Assembly: GCA_002269645.1 (NCBI GenBank)
Contig: NIVC01003959.1
Coordinates: forward strand, 1-29,848
DNA length: 29,848 nt
Reading direction: 5' to 3'
Origin: Macrostomum lignano
Lineage: Eukaryota
In this document: piece by piece, positions 21,407 to 29,848 of the stretch
Layout: every line of letters starts with the position of its first letter
Position numbering within the stretch: position 1 is the first letter of the stretch
Made by a program: the position numbers and the translations under genes
The notes under the pieces: model-generated
Told to the model about the DNA's origin: nothing
The model's database searches: none
The model's input: only the letters and a program-made list of their open reading frames with translations

Positions 21407-22034
21407 TCTAAATATACTAAATCTCTAATATTTGTATGTTTGTCCATAATCCAATATACTAAAAATGAGTAATCTGTGTGTATGTATGTGTGAGATAGAT
21501 TTCAGAAAAATGGCTTAACCGATTTTCTTCAAACTTGCACCATTCGATCAGAAATTTTTCTGGGATGGTACATGCATCTTGGCTAAGAAATTGCTCAATT
21601 TTAAAGGGATTAAATATTCGAAAAACATGCTTTTTTGCAAAGGTCAAGCAAAATGTTCAACTTGAAATGCATTGTAAGAATGCTAGAGAAAAACCTGACT
21701 GGCTGAATTTGATTGTGATAAAGATTGCATCACAACAAGTTGAAAATAGTGCCGAAGAAATGCACACACGACTTGATTTAAATTGTGTAACCATATTGCT
21801 AACTTAAATTGAGGCTGATACTGGCTGACTGAGAAATTGATTATGTCATAACTTTTTACTCCAATTGACTTGCTGTAAGAATTGAATTATAAAGGCCACA
21901 ATTCATGTTTTCCAATTGAAAAGAGATAGCCCTGATGCGAACAGACTGGACTGCTAATGTAGCAACCTAGGTTTGAATCTTAGTAGTGCAAAAAGGATTT
22001 TTTTTATTAAAACATCTTAAAACATAAAAGAAGC

Positions 22035-22975
22035 ACAATATCAAACATAGAAGAGCCACCATGTCAAACATTAAAGAGCCACCATATCGAATATAAAAGA
22101 GTTACCATGTCAAACATAAAAGAGCCACCATGCCAAACATAAAAGAAGTACCATGTCAAACATATACGTGACTCCATGTCAAAGATTAAAAAGCCACCAT
22201 GTCAAACATATATGTGACTCCATGTCAAACATTTAGGAGCCACCATGTCAAACATTTAAGAGCCACCATGTCAAACATTTAAGAGCTACCATGTCAAACA
22301 TAAATGAGCCACCACGTCTAACATTTAAGAGCCAGCATGTCAAACATTTACGAGCCACCATGTCAAACATTTAAGAGCCACCATGTCAAACATTTAAGAG
22401 CCACCATGTCAAACATTTAAAGCCACCATGTCAAACATATATGTAACTTTATGTCAAACATTAAAGAGCCACCATTGTGAACATTAAAGAGCCACCATGT
22501 CGAACATAAAAGAGCTATACCATGAAGAACATTAAAGAGCCACTTTGTTGAACATTAAAGAGCCACCATGTCAAACAATAAATAGCCACCATGTCAAACA
22601 TAGAAGAGCCACCATGTAAAACATAAAAGAGCCACCATGTAAAAACATAAATGTGCCATCATGTCAAACCTAAAAGAGCCACCATGTCTAACATAAAAGA
22701 GCCACCATGTTAAACATTAAAGAGCCACAATGTCAAACATAGAAGAGCCACCATGTCAAACATAGAAGAGCCACCATGTCAAACATAGAAGAGCCACCAT
22801 GTCAAACATAGAAGAGCCACCATGTCAGACATTGCAAAGCCACCATGTCAAACATAGAAGAGCCACCATGTCAGACATTGCAAAGCCACCGTATCAAACA
22901 TAAAAGAGTTACCATGTAGAACATAAAAGAGCCACCATGTCAAATATTAAAGAGCCACCATATCAAGCATAAAAG
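22035..22975 (+). repeat. 23-bp minisatellite (AAAGAGCCACCATGTCAAACAT(A/T)), ~40 copies
   Basis: Directly visible degenerate tandem array; its reverse complement is at 24362-25100. Confidence 0.95.
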
Positions 22976-23064
22976 ATACACAATTTCAAATGTAAAAGTA
23001 AGCGAATTTTAAAGGAGCCACTATAATGCTAAGGAAATTGTCGCAATAGCTACTTATTGTCTGG

Positions 23065-23615
23065 TGGATGCTTGCTATTTGGGGATGCTATCTGTAAGAG
23101 TTTAATGCATGATTTGGCAATTGCACGAAGAAGTACGAAAGCCACAGTGGGCGAGACGATGTTATTTATTTAATATTTAGTCGGCTACTGCATTGCGTGG
23201 GGTGGTGGTCGTAAATGTACACTTTGCTTACTACGAGTACAGATAAGGGGGCGAGAGTTAGAGAGAGAAAGCCGGCTGACGTACGGACCCAGAAAAATGG
23301 GGTGGGCGCTCTATAGCAAATCAATGGCTCACACTATCTATCTGGGGGATGCTTGCTCTCTGGGGGATGCTTGCTATCTGGGGGATGCTTGCTATCTGGG
23401 GGATGCTTGCTATCTGGGGGTGCTTTCTATCTGGGGGTGCTTTCTATCTGGGGGATGCTTGCTATCTGGGGGATGCTTGCTATCTGGGGGATGCTTGCTA
23501 TCTGGGGATGCTTGCTATCTGAGGGATGCTTGCTATCTGGGGCATGCTTGCTATCCGGGGGATGCTTGCAATCTAGGGGATGCTTGCTATCTGGGGATGC
23601 TTGCTGTCTTGGGAT
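23065..23615 (+). repeat. 17-18-bp minisatellite (GGATGCTTGCTATCTGGG), interrupted by a solo LTR
   Basis: Directly visible; its reverse complement is at 23925-24320. Confidence 0.93.
23093..23333 (-). mobile_element. Solo LTR, 241 bp
   Basis: TGTAAG...CTCACA termini, a perfect 5-bp TSD CTATC (23088-23092 and 23334-23338) and AATAAA on the minus strand. It is absent from the mirror-image array. Confidence 0.78.
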
Positions 23616-23924
23616 GATTTCTTTTTGCATTGCACTTCATTCGAGTATTTTGTCTGTTTTTGTGAAGGCTTTATTTGGCGATCTTTTTGTTACTTGTAAA
23701 AAGCAGAGATTCTATACAGATGCTAGTTTTTGCTAAAAATTGATGGCATACCCACAGACAGACCATTTTTAGTATATTTAGATAGATGGACTAGCAATCT
23801 TCACCCCCCCCCTTGATGGGGGACATCTAGATAGAATCCCTGTTCTTTACAAATAACAAATAGATAGCAAAATAAAGCCTTCATAAAAAACAATAGACAT
23901 TCCCTTTAAAAACAAAACATCCCA

Positions 23925-24320
23925 AGACAGCAAGTATCCTCAGACAGCATTCAAGCATCGATCCCCAAATAGCAAGCATCCCCCAGACTGCAAGCATCCC
24001 CCAGATAGCAAGCATCTCCCAGATAGCAAGCATCCCCCAAGCAACCCTATAGCAAGCAACCCTAGATAGCAAGCATCCCCCAGACCACAAGCATCCCCAG
24101 ACTGCAAGCAACCCCAGATAGCAAGCATAACCTGGATACAAAGAGACCTTATAGATATCTAACAACCCCCTCTCAGATAGCAAGTACCCTCTGCCCCCCA
24201 AGAGCAAGCATCTCCCAATAGCAAGTTACCCAGTAGCAAGCATCCTTCCAATAGCAAGCATCCCTCAGAAAGCAAGCACCCCTGATAGCAAGTATCCATA
24301 CTTAAATAGCAAGTATCAAG
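23925..24320 (-). repeat. 17-18-bp minisatellite, inverted copy (CAGATAGCAAGCATCCCC)
   Basis: Reverse complement of the 23065-23615 array. Confidence 0.92.
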
Positions 24321-24361
24321 CAGCAAAACAAGTAGCTAGTGCAACAATTTCCTTAGCTTTA

Positions 24362-25100
24362 TAGTGGCTCCATTTTGTTTGGCATGACACTTCTTTTTAT
24401 GTTTGAAACAGTGTCTTTTATGTTTGACATGGTGGCTCTTTTGTGTCTGACATGTTGGCTCTTTAATGTTTGACATGGTGGCTCATTAATGTTTGACATG
24501 GTGGCTCTTCTATGTTTGACATAGTGGCTTTTTGTGTTTGACATAGTGGCTCTTTATTGTTTGACATGGTGGCTCTTCTATGTTTGACATGGTGGCTTTT
24601 TTGTTTGACATGATAGCTCTTTAATGTTTGACATGGTGGCTTTTTAATGTTGACATGGTGAGCCGTGGTGGCTCTTCTATGTTTGCCATGGCACCCCTTT
24701 TATGTTTGAAATGGTGTCTCTGTTATGTTTGACATGGTGGCTCTTTAATGTTTGAAATGGAGTCACGTATATGTTTGACATAGTGGCTCCCTTATGTGTG
24801 GCATGGTGTCTCTTTTATGTTAAATGTTTGACATTGAGTCACATGTATGATTGACATGGTGGCTCTTTTATGTTTGCCATGATGGTTCTTTTATGTTTGA
24901 CATGATGGCTCTTTTTTTTGTTTGACATGGTGGCTCTTTAATATTTGACATGGTGGCTCTTATATTTGGCATTGTGGCTCTTTAATGTTCGACATGGTGG
25001 CTCTTTTATGTTTGGCATAGTGGCTCTTTTATTTATGGCATGGTGGCTCTATAATATTTAAAATGGTGCCACTTTTATGTTTGGAATTGCGCTTCTTTTA
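24362..25100 (-). repeat. 23-bp minisatellite, inverted copy (ATGTTTGACATGGTGGCTCTTTT), ~32 copies
   Basis: Reverse complement of the 22035-22975 array. Confidence 0.95.
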
Positions 25101-28100
25101 TGTTTAGCATTTTGTGTTTTTAAGGTGTTTTAATAAAAAAATCATTTTGCACTACTAAGATTTGAACCCAGGTTGCTACATTAGCAGTCCAGTCTGTTCA
25201 CATCTAGGCTATCTCTTTTGAATTGGAGAAAATGAACTGTTGCCCTTATACTTCAATTCTTACAGCAAGTCAATTAGAGTAAAAATTTATGACATAATCA
25301 ATTTCTCAGTCAGCCTCAATTTAAGTTAGTAATATTGGTTACGCAATTTAAATCAAGTCGTGTGTGCATTTTTTGACACTGTTTTCAACTTGTTGTGATG
25401 CAATCTTTATCAGAATTGAAATTCAGTCAGTCAAGTTTTCCTCTCATTCTTACAATACATTTCAAGTCAAAAATTTTGCTTGAACTTTGCAAAAGTCTTG
25501 AGGTTTTTTACCTCAATAGTTTGAAGTTTTCCCCTCTGCAATTTGCAATGATCCCTTTGACAATCTGCAGTTCCCCTCAGCAGTCTGCAGTCATTCCATT
25601 TTCAGTCTACAACTGTTCTATTAACAATTTTCATTCATCCTCTCAGCAGCCTGCAGTTCTCCTCTTGGCTGGCTCCTCAGTCTCCTCTGCAAACTGCAAT
25701 TTGCTCAGTATTTTATGGCTCACTAATGAATTTTCAATACATATTGGCAGTCTTGCAAAACTCAGCATTTAGCAATACCTTCAGCAGTTTTTTTCAGAAT
25801 TGTCTGCAGTTTAGCAATTTCATACTTTCATGGAGCTAGGCAATATACCCATTGATGGGATCAGTATGCTTGTAATACATTTACTCGAAGCAGTTTTTAC
25901 AAATCAAATTTTGTTTTTTACAAATGGGCAAGTCATAGGCACTCATAGGACCCTCATTGAAGTCCTTAATGATGAAATATTTGCCTAATGACTAAATAAG
26001 TAACAATTGCTATTAAAGCATATTTAAAATAATGGCATTGCCATTTTAAAGTAATTTGTCATTTTAAACTAAAAACTTTAGTTTATAAATAATTTCAGTA
26101 GCAGATATAACTTCTTTGTAATAGAATATTTTATTTTTAACTTGGAATAAAATATGCTTATATTATAAATTCCTTTATTCCTTTAAATTTTAAAAAAGAT
26201 AAAAAGCAAAGCTTCCTCCTAAGCATTTATTTTGGCAACTAGATGTTTTGGTAAACAGATGCTTTGGTTAATAGTTTCATAAAAACTAGACATTTTGTTT
26301 CTATATAGGCCTTAGTTAAATAAAAAGATAAAAAAACATTTATTTATTTGACTTTAGTTTGTTATTGCAGATTTTGTGTAGCTAGCATGATAGCTAATGA
26401 TAAATACATATAATTTGTAACCAAAAAGGAACCTTTAATAACCTAATCACTATTCACCCAAATGCCTAAGCACAGACAATGAATGTTATAGAACTGTTCT
26501 TTTTAGGCTTAAACTACACTAAAATGTAGTATTTTTGCTTTATTGATTTTTTACTAAAGCTTATGATTGTTATTCATATCTGATAGATTGATTATGAGTA
26601 TTATTCATTTATACAAAACATAAACAAACTACATTTAAATAATTTCAAGGTGTATAAAACTCAACCAAGGACAAAAAGAACATTAAATAAATTTTGAATA
26701 TAGATATTTTTGTAAAAAAACCTTTGTTTTATTTACAGAAAAGTATTATAGTATATTATGTAAATTATGTATATTATATTTGTATTACATACTGTTTGCA
26801 GTTACACTACCTTCTGAATATGGATTTTAATATAGATTTTATTGTAGTCTAGCAGTGTTGAATACTACACTATGCTTGTTTTTAGTTAATGTTTGAAATG
26901 CTTATAGATTATCTTTACTTTTAATGCTGGACCTGCTGTGCCTACTATTAGTAGTCACTAACTATTCAGTTTAGGCATGGGAAAATTCGTGTCATAACTT
27001 AATTGTAATTTTCCTTCTTGTCGCAGGGAATCCAGGGAAACCAAACCAAGGTAGAATTCAAGCGTAGTCGCATCAGCATGTCGAGAGTCCTGATCTGAAG
27101 TCGATTGTACTTGGGAAACTTCAGGAAACTTTAGGGAAAATTGTGCAAACTGTGAAAATTGGTTTAGATCGGCAAACAATGATTTGCAAAAAAAGAATGC
27201 GATTTAGACAGTCAGGATGGTACAGCACAAAAAACCCAGGTTAAAAAGTACATTGAATTCAAAGGCCAATTGCCCAATTCATTTTGTGCTTTCATAATTT
27301 TCGATCAAAATGTCGAGTCAGCCAGCAGTTGTATGGGTTTCGACTGTTTCTGCACTTGAGATTTTAGAAGTTTTTGTTTGAAGGCGAGGCGACTACAGTC
27401 TCTTTCATCTCCTTCCAACGACTGACTTTGCTACTCGCCCGCCCCCTGCTCTTCTCCACTTACTCATTTAGTCTTGCCTTTACTTCACTCGCGTGCCTTG
27501 TGGCTTCTTCGTGTTAATGGGGACGGAGGGCTCATGCGTGTACAGCTGCGTGTGTGCAGGCTACAGACACCCTTGCCCCCCCTCTCTCTCTCTCTGTCCC
27601 TCTCTCTGCTCGTTCGGGCCGTCTGCGACCGTCCCTGTCTTTTTGTGTTCTTTTTTATCTTTTATTTGGCAGCAGTGTCCTTGGCTTGTACTCTGTACTG
27701 TTAATAACTAAGCCGACAAGCCGTCTCGAACCCAAGCTTTGCCAATCTGTTTCTACTTAACCAAAGATAAGCAGTTTACTGTCGGTTAGCTGTTTTGTCT
27801 GTTTACTCCGTTTGTAATTAGAAGTTCGATTTTTTATTCAAACTAATTCTTTAGAAATATTCTTATCTGATCTATTGCTGAAACTTCGAGACCAATAGAA
27901 CTTGTCAGACTTCGTAGTTTTTGTTTTTGTCGATAACTAAAGTCGGTCGCTTTCTGCGAAGCTATTTTTTGTTGATTAAAAAGAGGCAGTAGAACTTTTC
28001 TGTCTCTCGTCTCTTTTGATGCTGCTGTGCACGCCATCAGCTATATAATTTTACTATTTGCATCACCTGGCCTATTTAACCCAGGTAAACAAAACTGAGA

Positions 28101-28555
28101 CGTCAGGGAGGGGGGATTGAGCTCGCGGAACCGGACTGGCTCGCCAGATCTAGGACTTTTAGTCGGAGCATCCGCTGATCAAGTGCTCCTCCTGTGCATG
28201 ACCGCTCTGGACTTGTGTCTTTCAGCTTGCGTGCTGTTTTCCATTTCTTTCCTTCCTATTTCTCTCTCCCCCTCTCTGCCCCAAAACCCTGGCGGGCGCG
28301 GGTTGTCTGGGCGCCGACTAGGGGGAAGGCCGGCACTGGCCGCCACCCGCTCCTCTTCCAGGGCATCACGTGACTGCATGCCTGTGTACGGGCGGCTCCC
28401 TTATTTTTGAGCCGGGGTCGCCTCTCCTGTGACTAGAAAAGACGGACAGACAGACAGATAGACTAGCTAATCATAGTTTTAATCTTCACAGACTGGTAGT
28501 TCATTTAAGGCGCGGATAATCTAGAAATGCATTGATAGGTTTGCTATTCTCGAAC

Positions 28556-29848
28556 ATGCCAGTGGCTCAAAAGTCTTACAACAACTATTTACATTCCCAG
28601 CTGGACGGTGAAGCAAACCAGCAGCATCGGTTGAACTATTTTACTGACGGATCTTCAATGCAGGAGCAGAAATACGAGCCGCCCTCGCCGCTGTCTCTGC
28701 CGCAGCACAGCTTCATGCTGCAGCAGCAGCTTCCGCATAGCAACACACCTGGCGGCCTGATGTCTCCGCCAGGCGCCGCGCCGCAGGTCAAGCGCAGCTT
28801 CACCAAATCCGGCGTTGTGCACCGCAAGAAGTGCCGGCACCCAAAACTCCGGCTGATTTGCTGCATAGGTTCTGCCTGGTGTGCGGGGCCAAGGCTGAGA
28901 ATTATAACTTCGGCGTCATCAGCTGCGAGTCCTGCAAGGCGTTTTTCCGGCGCAACGCGCACAAGAAGACTCTGGGCGATGCCGGGTTCAGCTGCAGCTT
29001 CCAGCACGCCCGCTGCGAAGTCACCCTGGCGACGCGGAAGAAGTGCCCGGGCTGCCGGCTGGCCAAGTGCTTCCGCGTCGGCATGCAGGCCGACCTTATC
29101 CAGAAAGGTGAAGTGCTCACGGTTGGCGATGGAGTTCCCAGCGTCTCTGAGTCTGCGATGCCGTCGGTGCAGATGCGGAATCGACCTCCAACGAGTATTA
29201 TCAGTACCAGCCTGCTATGCCGCCGCTGACCCCACCGCCTGTGCCGCCGCCAGCAGCAGCAGTTATTGTCGGTGCCGACCCCATCGACTTCGTCCAGCTG
29301 CCTAGCCCAGTCGCCGCCAAACAACGCCAGATGCTGGCAGGCGCTGTGGTACCACCTGCACAATCCGTGCCGTCGGAACCGTCGCCCATCACCGACCTGG
29401 AATACAACGAACCATCGACGCCTCTGACAAGAAGTACGCCAATGTACTTTTGGTTGATTTTATTGACGAACTGCAGCAGCTGTGGCCGAGACCATGCTGT
29501 GCAACATTGCACCCCCGCCCAGTGTGCAACTTGATCCGCAGCAGCTCTCCAGCTGCGTGTCCACCAACATCACATTCTGTTGGAGGTCTTTGTTCGCCAG
29601 GCGGTGCTCTTTGTTCGCAAGATGCGCCAGATCAACCTGTTGGAGCGGCAGCACTTTCTGCAGCTTATCAAGTCCAGAATTCACTCGGTTATTTTCCCGC
29701 TGTCCTGCGCCGGCCTAAACCAGGCCGACGATCGCTACTATTTCACCATCAACGGCCAGCGGGTCTGCTGCCAGCCCATCGAGATGTTCAGCGACCTCGT
29801 CCGCCAGTCTGGCAATCGCCTGATCGACTATTCTCCTCTTAGCGAGTT
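28556..29848 (+). CDS. Nuclear hormone receptor, NR1J/HR96/NHR-8-like (N-terminal region, DBD, hinge, start of LBD; runs off the window; 5 apparent 1-bp deletions)
   Basis: C4 zinc fingers CLVCGAKAENYNFGVISCESCKAFFRR...CSFQHARCEVTLATRKKCPGCRLAKCFRVGM, with the ESCKA P-box typical of NR1J. The final frame reads LLEVFVRQAVLFVRKMRQINLLERQHFLQLIKSRIHSVIFPLS, resembling LBD helices 3-5. No intron is needed once frameshifts near 28830, 29170, 29430, 29484 and 29572 are bridged. Confidence 0.92.

Larger units (their letters stand above)
21450..23726 (+). mobile_element. Helitron-like non-autonomous element, copy 2
   Basis: 5' end A|TCCAATATACTAAAAATG..TGTGTGTATGTATG..AACCGATTTTCTTCAAACTT matches the typical invertebrate non-autonomous Helitron 5' layout. 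It ends at CTAG|T (23723-23727), with no clear hairpin before it. Confidence 0.68.
23791..25500 (-). mobile_element. Helitron-like non-autonomous element, copy 3 (5' end not recognisable)
   Basis: Minus-strand 3' end: CCCCC-ATCAA-GGGGG hairpin, a short spacer, then AAGATTGCTAG|T at 23791. The body is the inverted counterpart of copy 2 (same order of satellites, linker and unique sequence). Confidence 0.65.

Noticed and set aside
20374-24544. Repetitive ORFs (INQGLLHL, GGCLLS, GDACYL, MLAIWG)
   Set aside because: Products of stop-free frames in the 24-, 18- and 23-bp minisatellites; no unique domain or splice support.
26958-27179. 73-aa minus-strand ORF in AT-rich DNA
   Set aside because: No recognisable motif, a non-ATG start and no supporting exons; it cannot be called.
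28085-28491. Possible 5' UTR intron of the receptor (CAG|GTAAAC ... TTCACAG|)
   Set aside because: The splice signals are plausible but cannot be verified without transcripts.
28636-29684. Minus-strand ORFs over the nuclear receptor
   Set aside because: Shadow ORFs with no recognisable motifs.

Overview
Eukaryotic (animal) genomic DNA, not prokaryotic: it has GT-AG introns, a nuclear receptor gene, micro/minisatellites and many transposon remnants. The short introns, GC-rich exons and repeat content resemble a free-living flatworm such as Macrostomum, but that is inference only. Left third: two convergent 3-exon paralogues (A, 498-2193 +; B, 8082-9987 -) encode a secreted protein with signal peptide, PAN/apple-like Cys modules and a C-terminal LamG/ConA-like domain. 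A fragment of a third paralogue lies at ~2790-2903. Between A and B are two non-LTR retrotransposon remnants and a ~1.1 kb LTR piece with a tandemly duplicated tRNA-Leu primer-binding site, apparently inserted into a MADF/Myb-like ORF. Middle: 16-, 42- and 4-bp tandem repeats, two MITEs (one hAT-type with a perfect 8-bp TSD) and an internally deleted PHD-FLYWCH-MULE transposon. 20.0-25.5 kb: three diverged copies of a Helitron-like element in alternating orientation, forming nested palindromes that carry minisatellites; one copy holds a solo LTR. Right end: an NR1J/HR96-like nuclear receptor that runs off the window. Gene A and the receptor carry many 1-bp indels, probably long-read consensus errors. 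No CRISPR array, rRNA or tRNA gene is supported.
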